Shown piece by piece: positions 23,255 through 33,199 of a DNA stretch of 38,875 nt; the first letter of the stretch is position 1; each line of letters opens with the position of its first letter. The notes beneath the pieces were generated by a model. The model did not search any database, was not told where the DNA came from, and saw only the letters and a program-made list of their open reading frames with translations. A program made the translations under genes and the position numbers. Location of the stretch: IMG/VR virus record IMGVR_UViG_3300019874_000014, positions 1 to 38,875 of that record; one strand, written 5' to 3'. This stretch comes from a virus. Lineage: Duplodnaviria; Caudoviricetes.

Positions 23255-25231
23255 ATGGCCAAGAAGCCCGACCCGGCGCCCAAAATCTCGAAACGGATGA
23301 ACCGCCAGTCCCGCTGGTGGAAGTGCGAAGGGAGGGAACTCGCGAAGGTCGTCTCGGACACGGTAGGGTCGCTCAAGAAGAACGACAACTTCCGCCGGAT
23401 GCGGTACCAGGAGTGCCTGACGCAGTATGAGGGGCGCCCCGTCTCGCTCGACGACGACGGGTACTACATCGGGACGCTACAGGCCGCGATGGCGGGGCAG
23501 CCGATGTACAACCTGCCGCGCTCGGCGTGCGACTCCGTCAAGGCGGACATCGCCGGGAGGCAGAAGCCGAAGCCCGCGTTCATCACCACGGGCGGCGACT
23601 GGCGCGCGCGGAGGAAGGCGAGGAAGTGCGACAAGTTCGTGGAAGGGCAGATGTGCCAGCGTCAGGGGCGCTACGCGAATACGTGGCAGCTTATGGAGGA
23701 CGTGTTCCACGACTCCGCAAAGCTCGGCGTGGGCATCGCGAAGGTCACCCCGGACGTGGAGCGCTGCAAGGTGCAGATTGAGCGCGTCTTCCCGTGGCAG
23801 GTATTCGTCGACCGGCAAGAGGCGCGCTACGGCTCGCCGCAGAACATCTTCCACGAGTACCCCATGGAGGTGGACATCGCGATCGACACGTTCGTGGAGA
23901 TGAACGACTCGGACGAACCGAAGGACGACGAGGAGCGGGCGAAACTGAACGCTCTCGAGTCGTCTCAGCAGCCGCAATATGAAACGGGGCGCGTCGTCGA
24001 GAGCGTCATGATTCGCGAGGCGTGGCGCCTTCCGTTCTCGGAGTCGAAGCCCGGGCGCCACGTCATCACGTGCGAGAACGCGGTGCTGTATGACGAGGAA
24101 TGGACGCAGGACGAGTTTCCGTTCCTGATCCTGTGGTGGGAACGTGAGACGGTCGGGTTCTGGGGGCAGGGCATCATCGAGGCGCACCGCGCGCTGAACA
24201 TGAAGACGAACCGCGCCGCGGAGCGAATCGACGAGAGCATCGCCATTTGCTCGACCAAGCGCGTCTACATCGAGCAGAATATGGTGAAGCAGGGCGACAT
24301 GACCGCGGGAGGGGGCCCCGAGCTCATCATCACCGTGCAGGATATTACGCGCGTGCCCATAGACCCCCCGCTTAGCCCGGTGCCGCCCATCGCTCTGCAG
24401 TGGGTGCAGATCAATCGCGACCGGTACTACCAGGACTCGGGCGTCTCTCAGATGTCGGCGACGGCGCAAAAGAGCCCGGGCGTTACGGCTGCCGTGGCCA
24501 TCGAGGCCGAGAACGATCTTGGGGCTCAGCGCTTCATGCCGAAGGCTCGCGCCTACGAGGAGGTGTTCGTTACCGCGGGGAAGCTGTTCATCGAAGCGGC
24601 CAAGCGCGTGGCGGAGCACAACGGCGGGAAATATCTCGTGCGGTGGCCCGGCGAGCGATTCATCAAGGAGTTCGATATTTCGGACGTCTCCCTGGAAAAG
24701 GAGATGTACGAGATCCGGGTTGCCTCGGTCTCGATGTTCGCGAAGGACCCGGCGCAGATGCTCCAGGTAGCGCAAGACCTCCACGGGGCCGGCATCATCA
24801 ACCGGGAGACGTTCCTGCAGATGACGGCGCTCCCGGACCTCGAGGGGCTCATGAACCGGGAGACGGCCGAGCGCGAATGGCTCGAGGAGCTCTTCGACCG
24901 GTTCCTAGATGCCGAGGACGACGACAATCTGCTCGATCTCGGCGGGTACGAGGCGCCGGAGCCGTTCATCGCGAATAAGCCGGCGGCAATGTGGCTCGCG
25001 GTCTCGACCTACTGGCAGGCGAAGCGGGACTCGGCGCCCCTGTTCAACCTGGAGCTGGTCCAGCGCTGGATAGCCCAGCTCGACAAGCTCATCGCGCCGC
25101 CCCCGCCGGCCGCAGACGCGGCGACGGGGCTGCCCACACCGGAGGCCCCGGGGGCGCTACCGATGGCAGGGGGAGGCCCGGAGGCGCCCGGAATGCTGCC
25201 TCCTACGGCGCTCATCCCGGCCGCCGCTTAG
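23255..25231 (+). CDS. Portal protein
   Basis: 658 aa directly after TerL; YNL.R..CD, GVGIAKV, FPFL......GFWGQG, SGVS...G..AAVAI patterns and Pro-rich tail typical of podovirus-type portals. Confidence 0.82.
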   Translation: MAKKPDPAPKISKRMNRQSRWWKCEGRELAKVVSDTVGSLKKNDNFRRMRYQECLTQYEGRPVSLDDDGYYIGTLQAAMAGQPMYNLPRSACDSVKADIAGRQKPKPAFITTGGDWRARRKARKCDKFVEGQMCQRQGRYANTWQLMEDVFHDSAKLGVGIAKVTPDVERCKVQIERVFPWQVFVDRQEARYGSPQNIFHEYPMEVDIAIDTFVEMNDSDEPKDDEERAKLNALESSQQPQYETGRVVESVMIREAWRLPFSESKPGRHVITCENAVLYDEEWTQDEFPFLILWWERETVGFWGQGIIEAHRALNMKTNRAAERIDESIAICSTKRVYIEQNMVKQGDMTAGGGPELIITVQDITRVPIDPPLSPVPPIALQWVQINRDRYYQDSGVSQMSATAQKSPGVTAAVAIEAENDLGAQRFMPKARAYEEVFVTAGKLFIEAAKRVAEHNGGKYLVRWPGERFIKEFDISDVSLEKEMYEIRVASVSMFAKDPAQMLQVAQDLHGAGIINRETFLQMTALPDLEGLMNRETAEREWLEELFDRFLDAEDDDNLLDLGGYEAPEPFIANKPAAMWLAVSTYWQAKRDSAPLFNLELVQRWIAQLDKLIAPPPPAADAATGLPTPEAPGALPMAGGGPEAPGMLPPTALIPAAA

Positions 25232-25242
25232 ATTCTGTCGAT
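25230..25242 (+). promoter_or_regulatory. AGATTCTGTCGAT motif, copy 2 (before scaffold)
   Basis: Identical 13-mer also before portal gene. Confidence 0.55.
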
Positions 25243-25259
25243 TGCGGCCCCCATGGGTA

Positions 25260-26384
25260 GTGCCGCCCGAGGAATCTCCGCAGAATCAGGCCGTTGTCTC
25301 GAACGCTACCGACATGGGGAAGGCGGCGAAGATCGCCGACGTCTGGGAGCGCGTACAAGAGCGCCTCGGGGGCGTGTCCGAGGAGGCCAACGCGGAGGTT
25401 CTAGCCAACGGCGGCAAGGTGAAGCCGGACGAGGCTGCGCCGGCCGAGACCGAGAAGCCAGCGGCGAAGTCGAAGACCAAGGAAGAGTCGGCGAAGGAAA
25501 AGGAGCCCGAGGCGGGTGAGCCGGGGCACCGAGACTATGCGGCGGCCATCGCGAAGAACCGCGCCATCTACGAGCGCAAGGAAGCGAAGCTCGTCGGCGA
25601 CGTCCAGCGGCGCGAGCAGGCCATTCAGGCGGCCGTGACGAAGTACGAGCCGATCTATCAGGCCGTGCAGAGGCTCGTGGACTCGGGCGACTTCGATGCG
25701 TTCGCGGCGGCGCTCTCCCCCGCCATCGGCGACGAGTCGATCAAGGACTGGAACTCGCTGCAGCAGGCCGCGCTCCAGAGCCACGGCAACCCAGCAATCC
25801 GGGAGACGCGCAAGCTCAGGGCGCAGATCGAGGCCGACAAGAAGGCGCGCGCCGAGCAGGAGCAGGCGGCGAAGCAGACGGCCGCGCAGCAGGCGGCACA
25901 GGCGCAGCAGAAGCAGTGGCGCGAGAACATCTCGGACGAGCTCTCAACGGACGAGGATCCGGCGCTTGCGGCGCTCCCGGAGATCGACGAGGAGTTTGCG
26001 GGATACGTGTTCTCGACGCAGCAGAAGCACTGGAACGAAAAAGATGAAGTGCTTCCGACGAAGGACGCCGCGGAGCAGACCGTCCGGCAGCTCTACGCGC
26101 AGCTCTCGAAGTGGAACGGATGGCTCGAGACCCACAAGGACTCTCCGTTCATCAAGAAGATTCTCGGTGTCCAGCCCACCGCAAAGGCTGCTCTCGGATC
26201 CGGCAACCGCCCAAATGCCGCCAGGAAGGGAAACGGCCAGTTTCAGAAGCCGCCTCCCAATGTGTCCCAAAACCGGACCGCAGAAGCGGCGCCGAGCGAA
26301 CGTCCGTCCGATGACGATCTGAGAAGGATCTACCGGCAACGGATGGAAGACGCGGCGCGGGACGATGCACGTTCCAATCGCTAA
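25260..26384 (+). CDS. Capsid scaffolding protein
   Basis: Charged A/E/K/Q-rich coiled coil between portal and capsid; start GTG 25260 or ATG 25314 uncertain. Confidence 0.7.
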   Translation: MPPEESPQNQAVVSNATDMGKAAKIADVWERVQERLGGVSEEANAEVLANGGKVKPDEAAPAETEKPAAKSKTKEESAKEKEPEAGEPGHRDYAAAIAKNRAIYERKEAKLVGDVQRREQAIQAAVTKYEPIYQAVQRLVDSGDFDAFAAALSPAIGDESIKDWNSLQQAALQSHGNPAIRETRKLRAQIEADKKARAEQEQAAKQTAAQQAAQAQQKQWRENISDELSTDEDPALAALPEIDEEFAGYVFSTQQKHWNEKDEVLPTKDAAEQTVRQLYAQLSKWNGWLETHKDSPFIKKILGVQPTAKAALGSGNRPNAARKGNGQFQKPPPNVSQNRTAEAAPSERPSDDDLRRIYRQRMEDAARDDARSNR

Positions 26385-26408
26385 CAGCGGTCTCCAGGAG
26401 AGACCACC

Positions 26409-27656
26409 GTGGCAGCATCAACGATCGCGACCTTCGACGCCTTCATGAAGGAATTCTACAACGACCAGACCGTCGCCGACCTGACCAAGGCCGGAAAGCC
26501 GCTCTACGGTCGAATCAAGACGAACACCGAGGTTTCTGGTGACCCGTGGGTGGTCCCGATCCTGCTCGGGAATCCGCAGGGCGTCACCAGCGGCACGCGC
26601 GCGCAGGCGCAGTCTGCCGCGACGAACACCATTTCTTACAAGTGGCAGATCTCGATGGCAGACACGCCCGGAAGCGTGAACATCGGCGACAAGGTCATGA
26701 TGGCCTCGCGGAACAACATGGGTTCGTTCCTGCAGGACAAGGAGACGGAAATTTCCGGCCTGTACGAGACGGCTTCCACCGAAATTGCGATCAAGCTCTG
26801 GCGCAACGGCGGCGGCGCCTCCGGTCAGGTTGCGGCCATCGTCGGCAACGTGGTCACGCTCACGAACCCTCAGGACACGATGTACTGGGAAATCGGCGAG
26901 CTCGTCCAGGCTTGCGCGGACGACGGAACCGTCACCACCACGACTCCTCGCACCGGAAACCCTGCGGTGACGGCGGTCGACTACATCAACGGGACCATCA
27001 CGTTCACGGTCGCGACCGTCGTCGGCCTCGTCGTGGGCGACTTCCTATTCCGCCTCGGGAACGCCGTGGCCAACACGGGCATCAACCCGTTTACCGGGGT
27101 GCAGGCGTACATCACGCCGAGCGCGACCCCGGCGGCCCTCTGGGGCATCTCGGCCGCGACGCGCCTCACGAACCTCGTACGGTACTCCGGCGGGAAGCTC
27201 ACGACGGCGCAGATGGCCGGCAAGGGCATCGAGGAACGCATTCAGCTCCTCGGAGCCAAGATGCAGGGCATGTTCCGCGCGATGGGCGCCGGGACGTGGG
27301 AGGTCTACCTGCACCCCGAGGACTGGCAGACCCTCAACGGGTCCGTTCAGAACCGAGGGCAGCGCTCGCTCACCGACGAGTCGACGAAGATGGCTTACGA
27401 GTACATCGACGTCGTCGCGGGCGGGAAGCGAATGAAGACCTTCTCGGACCCCTTCGTGCCGAAGGGCAACGGGTTCATTCTGAAGATGGACAACTTCGTG
27501 CTCGGCTCCTACGGTCCGCTCCTCACGCCGGTCAACGGCGACGGCCTGCAGATGCTCCGGATCGCCACCACGGACGACTACGAGTTCCGGCTCAAGTCGT
27601 ACGCGAACATGAGCAATAACGCCCCGTCCTTCTCGGGCGTTTTCCTCTCGCCGTAG
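26409..27656 (+). CDS. Major capsid protein
   Basis: 415 aa after scaffold, AGGAG SD, strongly biased codons; N-terminal FDAFMKEFY and C-terminal YEFRLKSY.N....P pattern. Confidence 0.8.
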   Translation: MAASTIATFDAFMKEFYNDQTVADLTKAGKPLYGRIKTNTEVSGDPWVVPILLGNPQGVTSGTRAQAQSAATNTISYKWQISMADTPGSVNIGDKVMMASRNNMGSFLQDKETEISGLYETASTEIAIKLWRNGGGASGQVAAIVGNVVTLTNPQDTMYWEIGELVQACADDGTVTTTTPRTGNPAVTAVDYINGTITFTVATVVGLVVGDFLFRLGNAVANTGINPFTGVQAYITPSATPAALWGISAATRLTNLVRYSGGKLTTAQMAGKGIEERIQLLGAKMQGMFRAMGAGTWEVYLHPEDWQTLNGSVQNRGQRSLTDESTKMAYEYIDVVAGGKRMKTFSDPFVPKGNGFILKMDNFVLGSYGPLLTPVNGDGLQMLRIATTDDYEFRLKSYANMSNNAPSFSGVFLSP

Positions 27657-27686
27657 TGAAAGCAGGGAGGAAAGGAGCACCAGCAA

Positions 27687-28151
27687 ATGCCCAACGCATT
27701 CGAAGTCCCGAACTTCCCGCCCCGCGCGGCGATTCAGGCGCAGATTTCCTTTCAGGGAGTCTTCCCCATCGCCACGGGCGGGCTTCCCATCAACCCGATC
27801 GGGACCGGTATCCCGACGGGTACGCTACCGATCCCTACCGGGAGCCTCAACGGCGTGCCTTCGGGCGTACCGCTGTACTTCAAGGCAGGGGGCGCCATGC
27901 GACTCTCGCGCATCGGTGCCGGGTCGTACCGTCTCAACTTCGCCCCAGCTCCGAACGGCACTGTTCGGGCTTGGATGGAGCTCATGACGGTGCAGACCCG
28001 CATTTTCGGCAACACTAAGCGGGACATCGCCACCGGATACGTCGAGTTCAGCACGCTCTCCGCCTCGGGGACCGCGATGGACCCGGCAAACGGAGACGCC
28101 ATCGGAGTCGAGTTCACGGCGTTCTCGACTGGCGAACCGGGAGCCCCGTAG
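27687..28151 (+). CDS. Putative minor capsid/decoration protein
   Basis: Strong GGAGG/AAGGAG SD, beta-rich G/P/T composition, directly after capsid. Confidence 0.5.
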   Translation: MPNAFEVPNFPPRAAIQAQISFQGVFPIATGGLPINPIGTGIPTGTLPIPTGSLNGVPSGVPLYFKAGGAMRLSRIGAGSYRLNFAPAPNGTVRAWMELMTVQTRIFGNTKRDIATGYVEFSTLSASGTAMDPANGDAIGVEFTAFSTGEPGAP

Positions 28152-28366
28152 TGGCCCTCCCCAAGCCCAAGGAGAAGCCCTCCATGGACCCGGCCAGCAT
28201 CTTCGGCTCCCCCGCGAAAGCGGACGGGGCCGAGGATGAGGGCGGGGACGCGAGCGAGCAGCTCAAGGCGCTCACCGGATGGGACGACGAGACGATCGAC
28301 GCCCTGAAAGCCTGCTTCAAGGAGTGGGAAGGGGAAGAGACGGCCGAGCCCGCCGGGGAGTACTAG
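28151..28366 (+). CDS. Small acidic hypothetical protein
   Basis: 1-nt overlap with upstream stop; fills operon. Confidence 0.6.
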   Translation: MALPKPKEKPSMDPASIFGSPAKADGAEDEGGDASEQLKALTGWDDETIDALKACFKEWEGEETAEPAGEY

Positions 28367-28369
28367 CCC

Positions 28370-29140
28370 ATGCGCACGCGCACGCTCGCGGAGCTCCGGA
28401 CGGACGTGTGCGACCGCGCGGACATCGTGGACAGCGGAACGACCGGGCGACACACCTCCGCCCGGCTGAACCGCTACATCAACCAGTCGATCCAGCGGTA
28501 CCGGTCGTTCGTAATCGAGGCGGGCGGCACCGACTACTTCATGAAACGGACGGGCGTGCTCACCATGAGCACTTCCCAGACGCGCGACGCTGCCGGATGG
28601 GCGCCGTACATGTACGTACCGCTACCCGCGGACTTCGTTGACCTCATCGGAGTGGATGTCATCATCAACGGGCAGGTGACGACGCTGCAGCAGTTCGAGC
28701 GCGCGGAGCGGAACATGTTCCGAGCGTCCCCGAACTGGGCAGTCGGCGTCGGTACGGGGCAACCGGTGTTCTTCCGGATCGGTGGCCTAAACGCAGCGGG
28801 CTCACAGGTACTCCAGCTCATTCCGTTTACGGACTCGGCGTACCAGTACGAGATTCTGTATGTGCCGGTGCTCACTGACCTGTCCGACGACGCGGACACG
28901 TTCGATGGCATCGCGGGGTGGGAAGAATTCGTGGTGAGCGATGCGGCAATCGCGGCACTCATCAACGACGGGAACACGAACACGCCCCTCTACGGGAGCA
29001 TCGCCCAGGATCGCGACGACACTCAGAAGAAAATGACGTTCCGGATCGCCACCATGGGCGGCCCGGCGCGGCGCGTGAACACCGAGGATTCTCGCCGGCT
29101 CTCGTGGGCCATTGCGCGAGGAGAATGGTGGGGCCGGTAG
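28370..29140 (+). CDS. Head-to-tail adaptor protein
   Basis: TLAELRTDV.DRAD...LNRYINQS...LPADF...L.L.P...Y.I.Y.P...L..D.D...W.EFVV..AA; GGAG SD. Confidence 0.72.
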   Translation: MRTRTLAELRTDVCDRADIVDSGTTGRHTSARLNRYINQSIQRYRSFVIEAGGTDYFMKRTGVLTMSTSQTRDAAGWAPYMYVPLPADFVDLIGVDVIINGQVTTLQQFERAERNMFRASPNWAVGVGTGQPVFFRIGGLNAAGSQVLQLIPFTDSAYQYEILYVPVLTDLSDDADTFDGIAGWEEFVVSDAAIAALINDGNTNTPLYGSIAQDRDDTQKKMTFRIATMGGPARRVNTEDSRRLSWAIARGEWWGR

Positions 29141-29578
29141 ATGGCCGACCGTATCGCGTTTCGGCGCGTCGGCCGCTTCGGTGGGGACTATAACGCGCGC
29201 GAGGTAGAGGCGCTCGAGCAGAACGCGAACACGAAGTTTAGGAATCTGGACGACTTGGCCTATGGGCCCTTCGTGCCGTCCGAGGATCCGCTCGTGAAGT
29301 CCGCGACCGGAATGGCCGTGAAGCTCGCGCAGCCGTTCGAGATCGTGCGGTACACCGCGATCCCCACGGGTCTAGTGATGCTGCTACCGAGCCCGCAGGA
29401 GCCAAGGACGGGGCCGATCCGGTTCAAGAACCAGGGTACCGGAACGGCCATCGTGACGATCCGCCCGATTGCTACAGGCACCACGGTTGACGGGTACCCG
29501 GTGGCCACGCTCGCCGGAGCCTATGCCTCAGCTGCATTCTTTCCGGACGGCGTTCGCAACAATTGGATCAAGCTATGA
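29141..29578 (+). CDS. Small virion structural protein (beta-rich)
   Basis: Abuts adaptor; LLPSP...KN.G...VTI.P...TVDG...L......F..DG..NW module seen in tail proteins. Confidence 0.55.
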   Translation: MADRIAFRRVGRFGGDYNAREVEALEQNANTKFRNLDDLAYGPFVPSEDPLVKSATGMAVKLAQPFEIVRYTAIPTGLVMLLPSPQEPRTGPIRFKNQGTGTAIVTIRPIATGTTVDGYPVATLAGAYASAAFFPDGVRNNWIKL

Positions 29579-32500
29579 GCCAGCCGAAAGCGTCCCTGCT
29601 CGAGGTGCAGTTCAATCGAGGGCTGCGGCAAGACCTCGAAGAGAATCTGCTTCCTCCGGGCGCGCTCGTCACGGCCGACGAAGTGGAGTTTGACAAGCTC
29701 GGGCGCCTGCAGAAGCGGGATTGCTTCAGTGCAATCGGGACGACCAGCCTGGCGACGTCATCGGCGGCGTTCGTGGGCACCGCGAAGCGTTTCGCGGAAG
29801 GCCCCAACGGAGAGCAAGTCGTCTTCACGGACGAGAATGCGCACCTCTACTTCCCGGGCGCCGACAAGATGCGCGAGGCCGGGCAGTGGCACGTCGAGTC
29901 GCCGATGCGGGCGAGCCTGGCCGAGAAGTTCACCATCGGTGCGGACCAGGCCGGGCAGTACGTCGCGGCGGATGCATGCTCGCTCGGGAATTGGCTCGTT
30001 ATCGCGTACATTCAGCTCGTCGCCACGAACACGTACCAGGTGCGTGTAGACGTCATCGACAAGGAGACGAAGGCAAAGGCCATCTCCGGGACCATCAGTG
30101 GAATTTTTGCGGCCACGACACCCAACAAGTTCGCGGGGATTCGGGTTCTGGCTACCAACGCCTCTACCGCAATGGTCATTTGGGCCGATGGGGTAAACAT
30201 CGTTTCGACCATAATCACCGCTTCTGCCGGATCAGTGTTCACTATCCCGGCACCCGTCGCGCTCATCACGGACTCGGACAACGTCCAGCCCATCTTTGAT
30301 GCCGCGGTGACGTCGGTCGGTTTCGTGGTCACGTACCGAAAGCTCGTCGCCGGCAACCATACGGTGATGACCAAGACGTTTCAGTTCAACGGCGGTGCCG
30401 CGCTGGCCACGTTCGACATGCAGCACCTTGGGGCCGCTTTCACGGCTACGGCCGTCGCGGTGCTCGGCGCCCGAAACTCATCCGAGAAGATTTTCATTCT
30501 CGCGGCGGATTCAACCAACTCGGTCATGGAGGAGGCGTGCACCGCGTTCGATCTGAGCGCGCCGGACCAGGTCGCGGGAGGAATCGCTTACGGCACGTGG
30601 AGCGGGTACACCGCGGGAGACGTCTGGCAGATGGTGCTCGGGCGCATGGACGCGACGCATGCCGCGTTCCTGTTCTCCACCGTCCAGACGTACCTGACCG
30701 TTGCGACGCTCCCGGAGGGGCCGCGCGGGCCCATCTTCATGTCCAAGCTGAGCGATACGCCAAACGTCGGCGGAGCCCTCGCGCAGATTACGTGCCCGTT
30801 CGCAAACTACTTCATTGCCTCGAAGTTCTATAACGACTCGAGCGGCAACATGTACGCATGGGCGCGCTTCAATGTTCATGATCAGGCTCAGTCCCACTAT
30901 CTTCTCCTCGACTTCGGGGGCAATGCGGACCAGGCGTTCCATCGACCGAGCCCCGTCATGCACGTGGCGAATGGGCTCGTCCAGACGAACGCGATCAACC
31001 TCGCCACGGGCGTCCCGGTAAACCCGGTCCCCGTGTTCGGGTTCGCTGACCTTGGGAGCGGAGAGTTCCTTTTCGTGGCCCCGGTCAATATCGGAGCTTC
31101 CAGCCTTTCCGGGCAGCAGATCGGATGCTGGCGAGGGCAATCGCTCGGACCGAAGCGGTTTCTGAACACCGTGGCGCACGGGAACCTATTCGTGGCCGGC
31201 GGGACGCCGCTCTCTTATGACGGGCAGCGCCTCGTCGAGATGAGCTTCTACAGCTACCCGGAGCCGAGCACGCCTACGGTTTTCGCGGTTGGTGGCTCGG
31301 GGGCAGGTACGTACCAATATCGCTTCGTCTACGAGTGGACGGACGCATCGGGAAACCGTCACCAGAGCCCAGCATCCCCGGCGGTGTTCGTGGTGCTGGC
31401 CGCAAACCAGGGGGCGAACCTTCAGGCCTCCACGATTCACGCGACCCGGAAGCAGGTCGAGCCTAATAATACGGGCGGAGTGGTCCGAGATGACCAGGCC
31501 CCGATCCGGGTTGTGGCGTACCGGACGGAGGTCAACGGGACCACGTTCCACCGTCTCAACGTGGAGATGAAAAACCAGCTAGGGAACTCCGCCGCCGGAT
31601 TCCTGCCGCACGTGTCGATAGTCACCATGACGGACATCGACCCGGACATATCGATCGCGTCCAACGAAATCCTTTACGTGTCCGGCGGAGGAGAGGGAAA
31701 GCTATCCTCGAATTGCCCGCCGCCCTGCCTGTTCCTGGGGGTGCACGCGGGGCGCCTCTGGGGGCTCGACTCGGAAGACCCGGAGCGCGTTTGGTGCACG
31801 AAGCTTTTCGAGCCCGGTGAGGCCCCCGGATACAATCCAGGTCTCGAGATTTTCATTGCTGGATGTGGGCAGGTAAACGGGGTCGGCGGACAGGACGACA
31901 AGCTCTACGGGCTATGCAGCGGCGGCACGTACATCGCGAGCTACGGCCCTGGTCCTGACAACACCGGGCAGGGCGCGTTCCCAGATCCGGTGCTCATCAC
32001 GACCGCTGCCGGGTGCGACGATCCGAGGAGTGTCATCACCGGCACGAACGGGATTTACTTCTCTGGCGTCGGCAAGTCAGGAACGGACATTTTCCTGCTT
32101 CGGCGCGGCGACGGGAACCCGGACAGCATCGGGATCCGCTGCCGAGATGAGCTCAACGGCGCGAGCGGCACGCCGCAGATTCGCGGAGTGCTCGAGCGAA
32201 TCGACAAGGGGCGGATCGAGTTCCTCTTCGCGAGCAACGACGAAGGAAACGGAACTTCCAGGCTGCTTTACTACCACTACGACCTGGTAGACGAGCAGAA
32301 CATCGGGCAGTGGACCACCGCGAGCTTCTGGGGCGGTGGAGCCGGCACCTCGCTTGAGTGTCTCGGTGTCTGGGATGGTCTGACCGTGATCGGCGTGAGC
32401 GCTATCCTGCCGCAGTTTCCGATCATGCGTCAGACGGGGCTGGCGGTCGTCTCAGGTAGCGTTTCGTTGCTGCCTGGTTCTGACGCTGGTAACGTGTTCG

Positions 32501-33147
32501 CGTTTCAGATCGTGACCGGGGACCTACGCCCGTTCGGGATAGCGGGGTACGGCGATGTGCATTCACTGACTTTGGTCGGGACCGGTCGCGCTCGAGCCGG
32601 CTTCATCAATATCTCCGCTTCGTACGACTCGAGGCTCACGTTCCTGGACGAGATGGGGACGAACACGACGGAGCTCAACGGGGCGCCCGTGGTGCGCCGC
32701 TGGGAGATGGCGACGAAAAAGCTTCCGTTCGGGTCGGTCTCCTATAGCTTCCAGGAACAGCTTACGACCGAGGGTGGTCAAATCTATACGGATGAGGCCA
32801 TCCTGCACGGATTCTCGCTCGAGGTGCTACCGCTCGAGGGGAACGCTCGGCTCTCGGCATCGGCTCGGGACAACGAGGAGCCCAACATCGTGCCGATCGG
32901 AATCACGGGAGTAACGCAGACCGGCGCGGGCGTGGCGATGACCATCACCGGCTTCCCGTCACGAATAGGTCACGGGATACTGACCCTTCTGGGTCCGAGC
33001 GGACCCGTCGGCGCCGGGACCCTGTCGTGGAGTTTTGCGGGTGAATCGGCGACGGGCATCACGACGGTGCAAAACCTCATCCTCGGGACCACGGGACTCA
33101 CTGTCCATTTCACGGTCAACGGGTGGCCCGCCGGAAATGGACAGTAA
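29575..33147 (+). CDS. Tail nozzle / stabilisation protein (P22 gp10 / T7 gp12-like position) with large insertions
   Basis: ~1190 aa; N-terminal F.RGL.QD....LPPG.L..A..V.FD..G.L.KR; GTYQYRFVYEWTD..G; beta-propeller-like GRLWG; follows adaptor. Confidence 0.65.
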   Translation: MSQPKASLLEVQFNRGLRQDLEENLLPPGALVTADEVEFDKLGRLQKRDCFSAIGTTSLATSSAAFVGTAKRFAEGPNGEQVVFTDENAHLYFPGADKMREAGQWHVESPMRASLAEKFTIGADQAGQYVAADACSLGNWLVIAYIQLVATNTYQVRVDVIDKETKAKAISGTISGIFAATTPNKFAGIRVLATNASTAMVIWADGVNIVSTIITASAGSVFTIPAPVALITDSDNVQPIFDAAVTSVGFVVTYRKLVAGNHTVMTKTFQFNGGAALATFDMQHLGAAFTATAVAVLGARNSSEKIFILAADSTNSVMEEACTAFDLSAPDQVAGGIAYGTWSGYTAGDVWQMVLGRMDATHAAFLFSTVQTYLTVATLPEGPRGPIFMSKLSDTPNVGGALAQITCPFANYFIASKFYNDSSGNMYAWARFNVHDQAQSHYLLLDFGGNADQAFHRPSPVMHVANGLVQTNAINLATGVPVNPVPVFGFADLGSGEFLFVAPVNIGASSLSGQQIGCWRGQSLGPKRFLNTVAHGNLFVAGGTPLSYDGQRLVEMSFYSYPEPSTPTVFAVGGSGAGTYQYRFVYEWTDASGNRHQSPASPAVFVVLAANQGANLQASTIHATRKQVEPNNTGGVVRDDQAPIRVVAYRTEVNGTTFHRLNVEMKNQLGNSAAGFLPHVSIVTMTDIDPDISIASNEILYVSGGGEGKLSSNCPPPCLFLGVHAGRLWGLDSEDPERVWCTKLFEPGEAPGYNPGLEIFIAGCGQVNGVGGQDDKLYGLCSGGTYIASYGPGPDNTGQGAFPDPVLITTAAGCDDPRSVITGTNGIYFSGVGKSGTDIFLLRRGDGNPDSIGIRCRDELNGASGTPQIRGVLERIDKGRIEFLFASNDEGNGTSRLLYYHYDLVDEQNIGQWTTASFWGGGAGTSLECLGVWDGLTVIGVSAILPQFPIMRQTGLAVVSGSVSLLPGSDAGNVFAFQIVTGDLRPFGIAGYGDVHSLTLVGTGRARAGFINISASYDSRLTFLDEMGTNTTELNGAPVVRRWEMATKKLPFGSVSYSFQEQLTTEGGQIYTDEAILHGFSLEVLPLEGNARLSASARDNEEPNIVPIGITGVTQTGAGVAMTITGFPSRIGHGILTLLGPSGPVGAGTLSWSFAGESATGITTVQNLILGTTGLTVHFTVNGWPAGNGQ

Positions 33148-33199
33148 TGGGACGCATTTTGAGCGCGCGGCGCATTCTTTCGATGGAAAGGAGATAGTC

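Noticed and set aside
33148-33199. CTTTC-gatg-GAAAG hairpin touching the SD of the S74 gene
   Set aside because: 5-bp AT-rich stem too weak to call regulatory
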